NCBI GenBank assembly: GCA_040218735.1
Contig: JAVJQW010000041.1
Span: forward strand, 128,001-192,000
DNA from: Deltaproteobacteria bacterium
GTDB lineage: Bacteria; Myxococcota; Kuafuiibacteriia; Kuafuiibacteriales; Kuafuiibacteriaceae
Reading direction: 5' to 3'
DNA: 64,000 nucleotides
The notes under the pieces are model-generated. The model searched no databases, was not told the origin of the DNA, and saw only the letters and a program-made list of their open reading frames with translations. The position numbers and the translations under genes are program-made. Shown piece by piece: positions 1-9,935 of this stretch (within the stretch, counting starts at the first letter, position 1; the number at the start of each line of letters is the position of its first letter).

Positions 1-834
1 ATCGACTTCGGGAGCGTGCGGATCGGCCAGCAGGTCGGCGCGCGCATCACGCTGCAGAACACCGGGATGTCGCCGCTGATCGCGTCGCACGCGTTCGCGA
101 GCATGGGCGCGGCGGGTGAGATGACGACGCCGCGCGGGCTCCCGGCGGCTCTGGCGCCGGGCTCGGTCGTCGAGCTGAACGTGCTCTACGCGCCGACGCG
201 CGCGGGCGTGGCGAGCGACGTCATCACCATCTCCACGAACGATCCGGTGCGCCGCACGATCACCGTGCCGGTGATGGGGACGGGGGAGGCGAGTGGGCAG
301 GACATCGTGCGGGTCGACATGACGTTCGACAACGACTCGGACAGCTTCCTCGACTTCGACCTCCGCGACGTGGACCTGATCCTCGAGAGCCCGGTCGGCC
401 AGATCGCATCGAAGGCGATGCCCGGCCCGAACTGGGGCACGTACGGGCGCCCCACCTGGGCGGGCACGGCGCCGAAGGAGAATCCGGAGCGCATCATCCT
501 GCCGGACGCGATGGAGGACGGCCGCTACGCCGTGAGCGTGAGTTACGTCGAGGACTGCAAGACGCTCCCGACGGCGCTGACGGCGTCGCTCCTGGGCATC
601 GGGACGGACGCGCTCGTCGACTACCTCTCCGACGGCGAGGTCCCGCTCGACCCCAACCAAGTCGCCGCCGCGGTGAGCACCGCCTGCGCCGAGCGCGGCT
701 CGACGAACGTGGACATCGCGATCTACGTCAACGGCGCTCCGGCCGGGACGCGAAGTGTGCGTTTGGCCCAGAAGGGTGAGTTGGTGGAAGCCGCGGCCGT
801 CGTTCGCTCGAATGGTTTCTTCTCGGTAGAATGA
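1..834 (+). CDS. Secreted Ig-like (ASH/choice-of-anchor D) domain protein, 5' truncated by the window edge
   Basis: Frame is open from base 1 (IDFGSVRIGQ...ITLQNTG...YAPTRAG...TISTNDP...GTG), a typical choice-of-anchor D repeat. It is followed by a D-x-D-L...NPERI module. Confidence 0.7.
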   Translation: MDFGSVRIGQQVGARITLQNTGMSPLIASHAFASMGAAGEMTTPRGLPAALAPGSVVELNVLYAPTRAGVASDVITISTNDPVRRTITVPVMGTGEASGQDIVRVDMTFDNDSDSFLDFDLRDVDLILESPVGQIASKAMPGPNWGTYGRPTWAGTAPKENPERIILPDAMEDGRYAVSVSYVEDCKTLPTALTASLLGIGTDALVDYLSDGEVPLDPNQVAAAVSTACAERGSTNVDIAIYVNGAPAGTRSVRLAQKGELVEAAAVVRSNGFFSVE

Positions 835-896
835 CCCACTCCGCCTGATCCGTCTCCGCGCCCCGCTGCGTACGTGGCGTGAAAGGAGACACCACA

Positions 897-1211
897 ATGA
901 AAAAACTCTTCATCTCGGTCGCAGCGCTCTTCGCGGTCTGCGGCAGCGCCGAGGCATTCGCAAAACCACCCACCTGCAAGGCCTTCACGACCCACGTCGT
1001 GACGATCATGGAGCGGGACATGAAGGACGACTCGATGTTCACGAAGTCCGACATCCCGGAGCTGGTGAAGCTGTGCGGGAAGGTCGGGAACCTGCCCAAG
1101 CACCCGAAGACGGTGGCCTGCGCGATGGCCGCGAAGGACGCGAAGGCGCTGTTCGGGTGCCGGCCGAAGGTGAACAAGGTGATGGGGCCGTGGCTGAAGG
1201 CGGGTAAGTAG
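897..1211 (+). CDS. Small secreted Cys-containing protein
   Basis: AAAGGAGA RBS before ATG 897; signal peptide MKKLFISVAALFAVCGSAEA; 4 Cys in the mature part; strong GC3 bias. Confidence 0.75.
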   Translation: MKKLFISVAALFAVCGSAEAFAKPPTCKAFTTHVVTIMERDMKDDSMFTKSDIPELVKLCGKVGNLPKHPKTVACAMAAKDAKALFGCRPKVNKVMGPWLKAGK

Positions 1212-1215
1212 GAGA

Positions 1216-1269
1216 GGGGCCGGATCGGGTTCGGGGCCCGAGTCCGAATCCGAATCCGAACTTAGCCCC
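1216..1269. repeat. Intergenic hexamer repeat/imperfect hairpin (TCCGAA x3) between convergent genes; possible bidirectional terminator
   Basis: GGGGCCGGATCGGGTTCGG...CCGAGTCCGAATCCGAATCCGAACTTAGCCCC. Confidence 0.4.
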
Positions 1270-1989
1270 CTACTCCACGTTCAGCTCCGGATACGCGCGG
1301 AAGATCCCGTCCGCGTTGAACGCCAGCCTCCGCGGCGACGCCAGATACGCCGCGACCCGCTCCCTCGCGCGCACCAACTCCACCACGTCCGCCCACCGCG
1401 GCCGCTCCACCGCCGCGAAGCCCTTCGGGAACGCAAACGCCAAGCCCTCCGCGAGCTGGAACAGCGCGAGGTCCACGTACGTACAAACGTCACCGAGCAC
1501 GAACGGCCCACCGGACCGCTCCAACACACGCTCGAAGTACGCCGTGTAGGCCGGCAGTCGCTCCCGCACGAACGCGGTCGCCGCCGCGATCGCCTCCGTC
1601 TTCTGGTCCTCGTAGTACAGCGCCGTCGACACCGGATGGTGCGTGTCGTGCGCCTCCGCGAAGACGTCCATCACCGTGAGCATCAGCTGGTTCAGCTGCC
1701 ACGGGACGTGCTCTCCGGGCGGCAACAGGTCGTACCGCTGCGCGAGGTACATCAGGATGTTCGCCGTCTGCGCGATGCGCAGCGTCCCATCCTCGAGGAT
1801 CGGCGGTGCATAAGGCAGGAACCCATCCACCTCCCCGCGCCGGTACGCGAGGATCGAGGCGAACCCACCGCCGTCTTCCTCCGGCAGGCGCGCGACGTCC
1901 ACGTACGCGAGCCCCGCGTCCTCCAACAGCAGGCGCACCGGCTCCCCGCGCCCCTGCAGGACGGGCCAGTAGATCAGCCGGAGGCTCAC
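1270..1989 (-). CDS. Glutathione S-transferase family protein
   Basis: LIYWPVLQGRGEPVRLLLED...APPILEDG...IAQTANILMYL; C-terminal TYVDLALFQL. GTG start overlaps the stop of the upstream peptidase (GTGA). The true CDS is the 3' part of track ORF 1270..2832. Confidence 0.9.
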   Translation of the reverse strand: MSLRLIYWPVLQGRGEPVRLLLEDAGLAYVDVARLPEEDGGGFASILAYRRGEVDGFLPYAPPILEDGTLRIAQTANILMYLAQRYDLLPPGEHVPWQLNQLMLTVMDVFAEAHDTHHPVSTALYYEDQKTEAIAAATAFVRERLPAYTAYFERVLERSGGPFVLGDVCTYVDLALFQLAEGLAFAFPKGFAAVERPRWADVVELVRARERVAAYLASPRRLAFNADGIFRAYPELNVE

Positions 1990-3362
1990 GCCCCGTACCG
2001 CGACTCCAACATCGCGTAGGCCGCGCGCACGCCCATGGCTTCGCCGCCGACCGGGCGGCCCGGGCGGTTCTCCAGGTTGTAGGCCATCAGGTCGACGTGC
2101 GCCCACGCCGTGGAGCTCGAGACGAACGACTCCAGGAACAACGCCGCCGTGATCGCGCCGCCGTAGCGCGAGCCGCCGACGTTGTTGATGTCCGCGATCG
2201 TGCTGTCGAGCGAGCGTTTGTAGGGCTGGTGCAACGGCATCCGCCACAACAGGTCCCCGGTCTTCTGACCCGCCGCGAGGAGCTCGTTTGCGAGGTCGTC
2301 GTCGTTGCTGAACAACGCCGGCATGTCCGTTCCCAACGCGACCCGGGCTGCGCCGGTCAGCGTCGCGAAGTCGAGGATCAGCTCCGGCTTCTCGCTGTCG
2401 GCCTCCGCCAACGCGTCGCACAGGATCAGACGCCCCTCGGCGTCGGTGTTGCCGACCTCGACCGTCAGGCCCTTGCGGGTCTGCAAGACGTCTTGCGGGT
2501 GGAACGCGTTCCCCGCGACCGAGTTCTCGACCGCCGGCACCAACACACGCAGCCGCACGTTGAGCTTTGCGTCCATCACCGCGCGCGCGATCGCGAGCAC
2601 CATCGCGGCGCCGCCCATGTCCTTCTTCATGAGCAGCATCCCCGACGAGGGTTTGATGTCGAGGCCGCCGGTGTCGAAGCAAACCCCCTTGCCGACCAAC
2701 GTCACCTTCGGCGCCGCGGCGTCGCCCCACACGATGTCGATCAGGCGCGGCGCGTCCGTGCAGGCGCGGCCGACCGCGTGCACCGCGGGGTAGTTCTCCG
2801 CGAGGAGCTTGTCGCCGACGATCACCGTGCACTTGGCGCCGAACTCCTTCGCGAGCGCCTTCGCCGAGTCGGCGAGCGCGGTGGGGCCGAGGTCACCCGC
2901 CGGCGTGCTCACGAGGTCCCGCGCGTAGGCGGTCGACGCCGCGAGGCGCTCGACCTTCGCCTGGTCCGCCGCTTCCGGCCACACCAGGGTGCCGAACTTC
3001 GTCGACGACTTCTTGTAGCGATCGAAGACGTATGTGCCGAGCGCCCACCCGAGCGCCGCGTCGTTCGCCGCGGCGTCGTCGAGCGACTTGTCGAACGCCC
3101 ACCTCCCCGAACCGAGCGCCGCCGGGAGGTGCGCGTAAGGGAACGGCGACCCGTCCGGCTCCACGCCGACCACGACCGCCTTCACCTTCTTGTCGCCGCT
3201 GTAGATCTTCGCGATCTCACCCTGTCGGCCGGAGAAGTCCTGCGCGCTGACCCAGCCCTTCACGGTCGCCTTCTGCGATCGCAGCCAGGATCGGAACCCC
3301 TTCGGGCTCACGACGGTGATGGTCTTCGTGCTCTTGGTCGGACGGGGAGCGAAATGGTTCAT
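1986..3362 (-). CDS. Leucyl aminopeptidase, M17 family (PepA/PepB-like)
   Basis: VGKGVCFDTGG, MKKDMGGAA and NTDAEGRL motifs. Confidence 0.95.
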   Translation of the reverse strand: MNHFAPRPTKSTKTITVVSPKGFRSWLRSQKATVKGWVSAQDFSGRQGEIAKIYSGDKKVKAVVVGVEPDGSPFPYAHLPAALGSGRWAFDKSLDDAAANDAALGWALGTYVFDRYKKSSTKFGTLVWPEAADQAKVERLAASTAYARDLVSTPAGDLGPTALADSAKALAKEFGAKCTVIVGDKLLAENYPAVHAVGRACTDAPRLIDIVWGDAAAPKVTLVGKGVCFDTGGLDIKPSSGMLLMKKDMGGAAMVLAIARAVMDAKLNVRLRVLVPAVENSVAGNAFHPQDVLQTRKGLTVEVGNTDAEGRLILCDALAEADSEKPELILDFATLTGAARVALGTDMPALFSNDDDLANELLAAGQKTGDLLWRMPLHQPYKRSLDSTIADINNVGGSRYGGAITAALFLESFVSSSTAWAHVDLMAYNLENRPGRPVGGEAMGVRAAYAMLESRYGA

Positions 3363-3410
3363 CGCCGACCGTACTAGGTCAGACCGAGGTTTCTGTAAAA
3401 CGAGCCCGAC

Positions 3411-4520
3411 TCACTCACACGCCGGGAGCGGCGCCTTCCCCGTCGCCTCGCGACACTCACCGAGCTGATCGAACGACAGGAACGACGGCGCGCGACGCGC
3501 CCAACGCACGATCTCCTCGGGCCCCTCGTGCGACCAGACCCGCCGCACCGACCGCCGCGCTTGCCGCCCGCACGCGACGTCCGCCGCGATGCGTCGCGCC
3601 GCGTCGACCGGCGCCGGCTCGACGACCACCACCAGCGAAGCGGCCTCCGTCTCCGTGACGAACAGCCCGGCCTCGCGCAGCGCCGCCGCGTAGATCTCGG
3701 CCCGCGGATCGAAGCCCGCGCGGTGCACCACCCGGACGTCGTAGCGCGGCGTCGCGAACCGCGCGGACCAGAAACACACCGAGAAGATCGCCACGCCGAC
3801 CCACACGAACAGCCCGCGGGTCGCGAGGCGGCGCGAGCGCGGGAACGCCACCGCAGCCACCTTCGCCGCGAAGCTCGCCGCGAGGTGAAGCCACAGCCAC
3901 ACCGAGGTGAGGAACGTGCTGTACACGTAGATCCCGGCCGCGTCGTAGTTGAGCGTCGCGGGCGGCGTCTGGAACGTGAGCCCCGCGACGAAGATCGACC
4001 ACGCGTCCGACAGCGTGAAGCTCGACGCCGTGAAGCACCCGACCTCGATCATCACGCGCTCGCCGAGGAGCGGCAGCACCAGCTTCGCCCCGAAGTAGAT
4101 CGCGCCGAACGCCACCGCCATCGTGAGCACCGCGTCCAACACCAGCCACGCCAGCCACCCCAACGGCCCGCGGTGACGCGTGATGCGCCCGATGACCCAG
4201 CGGCTCTGCACCAGGGACAGGTAGTCCGGCACCCAGTTCGTCACGACCGTCGCGCCGCCGTAGACCAGGAGCAGCCACCGCGTTTGCGCACCCCACAGCG
4301 TCCCGACGCCCTCGAACCGCAGGTGGCGCGAGAGGGTGTCCTTGTCGATGACCCACAGGGTCGCGAGGATCAGCAGGCTCGCGCAGGAGACGAGCACCGA
4401 CCGCGAAAAGCTCGGGAGCACGATCCCACGCACCGTTCGGACCCGGAAGAACCGGTCGAAGCCCGCTACGAACGCCTCGACCCCGGACTCGGGGCGCAAC
4501 TCACCGTCTGCGAAACCCAT
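3411..4520 (-). CDS. Multi-pass membrane protein of unknown function, with a possible degenerate TIR-like C-terminal region
   Basis: About 5-6 hydrophobic helices (NWVPDYLSL, STFLTSVWLWL); soluble tail beginning YDVRVVHR... Confidence 0.65.
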   Translation of the reverse strand: MGFADGELRPESGVEAFVAGFDRFFRVRTVRGIVLPSFSRSVLVSCASLLILATLWVIDKDTLSRHLRFEGVGTLWGAQTRWLLLVYGGATVVTNWVPDYLSLVQSRWVIGRITRHRGPLGWLAWLVLDAVLTMAVAFGAIYFGAKLVLPLLGERVMIEVGCFTASSFTLSDAWSIFVAGLTFQTPPATLNYDAAGIYVYSTFLTSVWLWLHLAASFAAKVAAVAFPRSRRLATRGLFVWVGVAIFSVCFWSARFATPRYDVRVVHRAGFDPRAEIYAAALREAGLFVTETEAASLVVVVEPAPVDAARRIAADVACGRQARRSVRRVWSHEGPEEIVRWARRAPSFLSFDQLGECREATGKAPLPACE

Positions 4521-4568
4521 GGAGAGGTTGTACGCATCAGCGCCGAGAACGTTCCCCGAAAAAACCTA

Positions 4569-5291
4569 TCAGACGCGCTCGACGTGTTTGGCCAGGAGCC
4601 AGCCGGTCGTCCCGTCGGCGTTCTGGACCTCGAGCCAGCCGGCCTCTTCGCTCACGACGCGCACCCGCGCCCCCGCGCGTGCGTCGCCGCGGCTCTCGTA
4701 GCGGGCGTTCGGACCGCGCTTCAGGGGCAGCGATTCGAGCACCACGCCCCGGCCGTCGCGCGCGACGACGACGTGTCCGGCCGTCAGCGCGAGGAGGACG
4801 AAGGTCAGCACCCCCGCGACCGTCGTGAGGGCGCGTTTCTTCCGCCACGCGAGGAGCGCGACCCACAGCGCGTTCAACACCAACAGCGCGATCAGGAGCG
4901 GCACGCGGGGCAGGGGCGCGACGATCGGCTCGACGACGTCCGCGAGCCCGAGCTGCTCGGGCACCTCCTCGGCGTCGCCGAGCATCTCGGCGCGCACCGC
5001 GGCGAGGTTCTTCTTCACGTCGCCGTCGTGCGGCGCGAGGCGCAGCGCGCGTTCGTAGGCGATCACCGCGTCGAGGTGGCGGCCGTCCCGCGCGTAGGCG
5101 TTGCCGAGGTTGAAGTAGACGTCCTCGTTCTTCGCGCCGCGCTCGAGCACCGACGCGTACAGCGCGATGGCCCCGGCGCGATCGCCGGAGAGCGCGCGGT
5201 CGTTCGCCGTCTCGAAGTCCTTCGTCAGCTCCGCCGGGCCCGCGAAGGCGGGGGTCGAAGCCAGCAACAGGCCCAGCACGAGCGCTCTCAC
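4569..5291 (-). CDS. batE: BatE-like TPR + TM + SH3b protein
   Basis: Signal peptide; TPR (VYFNLGNAY...AYERALRLAP); 2 TM helices; SH3-like end (WLEVQ...TTGWL). GTG start coupled to the batD stop. Confidence 0.8.
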   Translation of the reverse strand: MRALVLGLLLASTPAFAGPAELTKDFETANDRALSGDRAGAIALYASVLERGAKNEDVYFNLGNAYARDGRHLDAVIAYERALRLAPHDGDVKKNLAAVRAEMLGDAEEVPEQLGLADVVEPIVAPLPRVPLLIALLVLNALWVALLAWRKKRALTTVAGVLTFVLLALTAGHVVVARDGRGVVLESLPLKRGPNARYESRGDARAGARVRVVSEEAGWLEVQNADGTTGWLLAKHVERV

Positions 5292-7081
5292 GACTTCACC
5301 TCCATCGCGTCGATCCCCGCGAAGATCTGCTCCCATCGCTGGTGCAGGTCGCCCGGGTCCGCGTTGGCCACGGTGCCCGGCGCGAAGCGCGCGTAGTCCG
5401 CGGCCTCCAGCTCCTCGGCGAGCTGCTGCGCGAGCGCCGCAGGTGCGCCGCGCTCGACCAGCGCCGTCCGTACACCGTCCGCCGTCAACCCGCGCAACGG
5501 GACGCCGCACCGATCGCTCCCGTACTCCGTCACCGCCTCCGCGAAGCGCGCGTAGGCGGCGGGGAGGTCGCGTGCGTCGAGCGCCGCTTTCGCTTCGCCG
5601 AGCTGCGAGTGCGCGGCCTGTTTCACCGCGCGCCGTTTGTTCTCCGGCGTCTCGACCTGCGTCCGCGCGCGCAGGCGCATGACCCCGAACCCCGCGAGCA
5701 GCAGCGCCCACGGCGCGATGAGCCCGCCGACGAACCACGGGCGACGCCAGGGCGCCGGGTCGCGCGCCGCGAGGCTGCTCTTGAATCGCACCGGAATCAG
5801 ATCGAGCCCCGCGTTGGTGTCCGGCTTGGCCGTGTCCTCGGGCGGCGGCGCGTCCGTGGGCGTCGGCGTGCCTTCGACGACGACGCGCATCGTCTCCGTC
5901 GTCCTCCGCTCGTACGCGTTCGTCGACGGGTCGAAGACCGTCATCGCGAAGCTCGGGACTTCGAGTCGCCCGCCGCGCTGAGGCATCAAGAGGATCTCCG
6001 CCGTCTTCGTCCCGCGCAGCCCGTTCGGCGTGACCTCTACGTTGTCGACCACCGTCGGCGGGAACACGCGGAAGCCGTCGATCGCCTTCACCTCCGGGAG
6101 CCGCGCCGCCTTGATGTTCCCGACCCCCGAGACCGACAGCCGGAGCAGCACGGCCTTGCCCGCCTTCACACGATCGGTGTCGAGCGCGGCCGTGAGCAGG
6201 TACTGACCGACGTTGTTGTTCGAGAAGTCCGACGGCCGCCCGGCCGTGGGGAGCGGCTTCACCGTGAGCGACAAGGGCACCGTCCGCCGACGAATGCGTT
6301 TGCCCGAACCGAAGATCGAACGGTTCTGCGACATCGTGATCGGGTGCGCCGGGATCGTCACCTCACCCGCGTCGAGCGGGAACAGCGCGACGCGCCACAG
6401 TCGGTAGACGTGGAAGGTCTGCCGCCCGACCGACTCCACGCGACGAGTCAAACGCTGCGGCCGGTCCACGACCTCCATCCAGAACCCATCGAACGACGAA
6501 GGCGGGGCCGCGGAGTCGACGTTGAACGAAGTCCCCGGCGCTGCGAAGACCTCGCAGTCGAGGAGGATCTGCTCGCCGAGGTACGCCTCGGTCTTGTCGA
6601 TGCGCAGCCGTACGAAGACGTCGCGCTCCCCCGCGCCGGGGGGTGTCACTTCGCCGGCCGCCGGACCCTCGCCCGGGGGCGGCGTCATCGTCGCGCCGAC
6701 GTTGAGCGCGAGCGGCACGGACTTCGCCGAGTGTTTGCCGACCCGCGCGACGATCGGCGGGATGTCCAGGCGACCCGAACGATCCGCCTGCAGCTCGATC
6801 ATGATCGTCCGCTCGCGCGTCACCGACTGCCCGGCGTTGGTCCAGGAGATCGACGTGCCCTCGCTCTGCGAGCGCGACAGCTCCGACAGCCCGTCCACCC
6901 GCGGCACGTCGACGACGATCTGCCCGTCGACCTTCGCGATCGCACGAACCTCCAACGTGACGATGTCCCCGACCGGCACCGTGGTGTCCGACAGGCTGGC
7001 CTGCACGGTCAGCGCGTCCGCCGCGAAGACGATCCGGGGCGCGCTCGCGAGGAGCGCCGTGATGAGCAAGGCGAACCGCAT
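5288..7081 (-). CDS. batD: BatD-like protein (oxygen tolerance operon)
   Basis: Signal peptide; repeated beta-rich BatD domains (YLGEQI, VKPLP...VGQY); C-terminal TM; position in the operon. Confidence 0.85.
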   Translation of the reverse strand: MRFALLITALLASAPRIVFAADALTVQASLSDTTVPVGDIVTLEVRAIAKVDGQIVVDVPRVDGLSELSRSQSEGTSISWTNAGQSVTRERTIMIELQADRSGRLDIPPIVARVGKHSAKSVPLALNVGATMTPPPGEGPAAGEVTPPGAGERDVFVRLRIDKTEAYLGEQILLDCEVFAAPGTSFNVDSAAPPSSFDGFWMEVVDRPQRLTRRVESVGRQTFHVYRLWRVALFPLDAGEVTIPAHPITMSQNRSIFGSGKRIRRRTVPLSLTVKPLPTAGRPSDFSNNNVGQYLLTAALDTDRVKAGKAVLLRLSVSGVGNIKAARLPEVKAIDGFRVFPPTVVDNVEVTPNGLRGTKTAEILLMPQRGGRLEVPSFAMTVFDPSTNAYERRTTETMRVVVEGTPTPTDAPPPEDTAKPDTNAGLDLIPVRFKSSLAARDPAPWRRPWFVGGLIAPWALLLAGFGVMRLRARTQVETPENKRRAVKQAAHSQLGEAKAALDARDLPAAYARFAEAVTEYGSDRCGVPLRGLTADGVRTALVERGAPAALAQQLAEELEAADYARFAPGTVANADPGDLHQRWEQIFAGIDAMEVKS

Positions 7082-8922
7082 CACCAATCCTTCGTCACCT
7101 TCTTACCGCGGAACCGCTCCAGCTTCCGCTTCCGTTCGAGCGCCTTCTCCTGTTCGGCGAGGGAGTCGAGGATCTCCTCCACGTCCTGCTCGGAGCGCTC
7201 CTCCTCGGAGGCCTCCTCGTTCGGCTGCGGCTGCGACGCACCCGCGTCCTGCACGCCGCCGTCGCGCCCGTCCGAGTTGCTGCTGCCGTCCTTGTCGTCG
7301 GAGCCACCGTCGCCCTGATCGTCGTTCGAGCCCGAGTCCTGCGTGCTGGAGTCCGAGACCCCGGCGTCCGCGTCGGTGCCGCCGTCCGGATTCTCTTTGT
7401 TCTCGTCGTCCGACTTCTCGTCGCCGTCCTCGCTCTGCTCGCCGTCCTGGTTCTCGTCCTTCGGCTGCAGCGCCTGGATGATCTTCTGCTGCCGCGCGAT
7501 CTCCAGGTTCTTGCGCGCGCTCGCGTTCGTCGGGTCCTCGATGAGCGAGCGCCGGTACGACTTCAGCGCGTCCTCGTACTTCTTCAGCTGCCGGTACGCG
7601 TTCCCCAACGCAAACGCCGCCTGGCTGCGCATCTTGGGATCCGTCGACGCCTCCATCGACGACTTCAGCGAGTCGATCGACTTGTCGAGCTCCCCGGCCG
7701 CCGCCTCCGCGAGCGCACGGTCGTAGAGCAGCCGCGGGTCCTCGCCGAGCCGGTCGATCGCGCGCTGGTACGCCTTGGCCGCCTCCTCGGGCTTGCCGTC
7801 CTGGAGCGCGCGTGTGCCGGCGCGGGCGTCCGGATCCTCCTTCTCGAACGGCGCCGCCTCCGCGGTGCCCGCGAAGAGCAGCAGCACCACGAGTGACTTC
7901 ACCACCACGCGCGCCACGCGCCGCGTCGGCCGGACCACCGTCGCGAGCAAGAGCAGCAACAACGCCACCGCGAGCGGCCACTGGTAGCGCTCCTCGTAGA
8001 TGCGCACCACGCGGTCCTCGAGCTCGGCCTTCTTGAGCGTCGCGAGGTGGTTCCGCACCGGCGCGAGGTCCAACCCGCCGTTCTCGCCGGGCAGCGCGAC
8101 CAACCCGCTCCCCGCGCTGGCGATCGACGAGAGCATCTCCTCGTTCAGGCGCGACACCACCGTGCGCCCCTGGTTGTCCTTGAGGTAACCCGTCACCTTC
8201 CCGTTCTCCGACAGCGGGATCGGCTCGCCCGTCCGCGAGCCAACGCCGACCACGTGCACTTCGATGCCCGCTTTCTCGGACTCCTCGGCGAGCTTCTCGG
8301 GCTCACCTTCGTGCTCCTCGCCGTCCGTCACGATCACGATCGCGCGCGCCGCGCCGGTCTCGGGCGCGGACTCCAGCATCTGTCGACCGGCGCGGATCGC
8401 GTCGCCGATGGAGGTGCCGCCGCGCGGGAGATCGTCCGGCGTCGCGGAGCGGAGCTGCAGCTTCAACGCGGCGTGGTCCACGGTGAGCGGGCACAGCGGC
8501 AGCGCGATCGAAGTGAAGCCGACGAGCCCGATCCGGTCCCCGGGCAAGCGGTCGATCAGATCCTCCAGCTCGATCCGCGCGCGCTCCAGCCGCGACGGGA
8601 CGACGTCACGCGCGAGCATCGAGCGCGACAGATCCAGCGCCACGACCACGTCCATGCCACGCGCCTTGCGGACCTCGGAGCGCATCCCGAGCTGCGGACG
8701 CGCGAGCGCAAACGCCATGAACAACAGCGACCCTGCGAGCAACATCGCCTGCACGGCGCGGCGCTGCTTGTGCGCCGGCCCTTCGCTGAGGCGGTCGATC
8801 AGGTCCTTGTCCCCCGCGCGCTCCACGCGACGATCGCGCCAGCGCTCCAGCGACGCCCAGACCACCAACACCAGCGGCGCCAACGCGAGCAGGAACAACA
8901 TCCACGGTGCGCCGAGCCTCAC
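7081..8922 (-). CDS. BatB-BatC fusion: vWA domain + TM + TPR + acidic low-complexity tail
   Basis: N-terminal ALARPQ; MIDAS DLSRSM; PLTVDH; TDGE; then TPRs and a KDW C-terminus typical of BatC. Confidence 0.85.
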   Translation of the reverse strand: MRLGAPWMLFLLALAPLVLVVWASLERWRDRRVERAGDKDLIDRLSEGPAHKQRRAVQAMLLAGSLLFMAFALARPQLGMRSEVRKARGMDVVVALDLSRSMLARDVVPSRLERARIELEDLIDRLPGDRIGLVGFTSIALPLCPLTVDHAALKLQLRSATPDDLPRGGTSIGDAIRAGRQMLESAPETGAARAIVIVTDGEEHEGEPEKLAEESEKAGIEVHVVGVGSRTGEPIPLSENGKVTGYLKDNQGRTVVSRLNEEMLSSIASAGSGLVALPGENGGLDLAPVRNHLATLKKAELEDRVVRIYEERYQWPLAVALLLLLLATVVRPTRRVARVVVKSLVVLLLFAGTAEAAPFEKEDPDARAGTRALQDGKPEEAAKAYQRAIDRLGEDPRLLYDRALAEAAAGELDKSIDSLKSSMEASTDPKMRSQAAFALGNAYRQLKKYEDALKSYRRSLIEDPTNASARKNLEIARQQKIIQALQPKDENQDGEQSEDGDEKSDDENKENPDGGTDADAGVSDSSTQDSGSNDDQGDGGSDDKDGSSNSDGRDGGVQDAGASQPQPNEEASEEERSEQDVEEILDSLAEQEKALERKRKLERFRGKKVTKDW

Positions 8923-9935
8923 GGGAACCTCCTCAGGCGCGTCGCCGACAACAGCAGCTCCAGCGCCAGCAGCGCGAGCCCGAGCGCGAGCACGTACACG
9001 AACAGCTCTTCGCGCGGCGTCGTGTACACGGTGTTCTCGAGCTGCGTCTTCTCCAGCGTGTCGAGGACCTCGGACAGGCTGGAGTCGAGCTCCTCGCCGT
9101 CCTTCGCTTCGTAGTAGACGCCGCCGGTCGTCTTCGCGATGTCCTTGAGCAGCGCCGGGTTCGTCGGGATGACCTGGCGCGAGTACACGGCGCGTCCGAA
9201 CAGATCCTTGCCGGCGGGGAAGGGCACCTCACCGCCGCGCCCGATCAGGATCGGGTACACCGCGATGCCGAGCGTCTTCGCGAACTCGGCCGCGCGCTTG
9301 GGGGTGATGCTGCCGGAGTTGCTGTCACCGTCGGTGAGCAGCACGACGACGCGCGACGTAGCGTCGCTCTCGCGTAGCCGGTTGAGCGAGGTGGCGATCG
9401 CCGAGCCGATCGCCGTTCCGTCCGGGAGCATCCCGACTTCGACCTCGTCGAGCATCTCGACGAGCAGCGCGTAGTCCAGCGTGAGCGGCACCCACGACGC
9501 CGCTTCGCTCCCGAACACGACCAACCCGATCCGGTCCACGGAGCGCTGCTTCACGAGCTCGGCGATCGACTGCTTGGCGACGAACATCCTGTCGCGTGGC
9601 TGGAAGTCCGCGGCGCGCATCGAACACGAGGTGTCGAGCGCGAGGATGATGTCGATGCCTTCGCTGTCGTCGGCGTACGGCTTGCCGAGGATCTGCGGCC
9701 GCGCGAGCGCGACGACGACCAACACCAGCGCCGTGATGCGCAGGGCGTCGGGGAGCCAAGCGATCTGCGCCCACACCGATCGCGGGAGTTTGTCCACGAG
9801 CTGCGTCGCCGAATAACGGAGCGCCGGTTCGAGGTGTCGGCGCCGCCGCCACACCAGGTAGGCGCCCGCCGCCGCGACGGGGATCAGGCCGAGGAGGAAC
9901 CACGGCGAGCCGAACGCGATCGTCCCGTCCGTCAC
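8919..9935 (-). CDS. batA: BatA-like vWA domain membrane protein
   Basis: FGSPWFLL...ALARPQ; DTSCSM MIDAS; PLTLDY; GTAIG; LLTDGD. GTG start coupled to the upstream stop. Confidence 0.9.
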   Translation of the reverse strand: MTDGTIAFGSPWFLLGLIPVAAAGAYLVWRRRRHLEPALRYSATQLVDKLPRSVWAQIAWLPDALRITALVLVVVALARPQILGKPYADDSEGIDIILALDTSCSMRAADFQPRDRMFVAKQSIAELVKQRSVDRIGLVVFGSEAASWVPLTLDYALLVEMLDEVEVGMLPDGTAIGSAIATSLNRLRESDATSRVVVLLTDGDSNSGSITPKRAAEFAKTLGIAVYPILIGRGGEVPFPAGKDLFGRAVYSRQVIPTNPALLKDIAKTTGGVYYEAKDGEELDSSLSEVLDTLEKTQLENTVYTTPREELFVYVLALGLALLALELLLSATRLRRFP

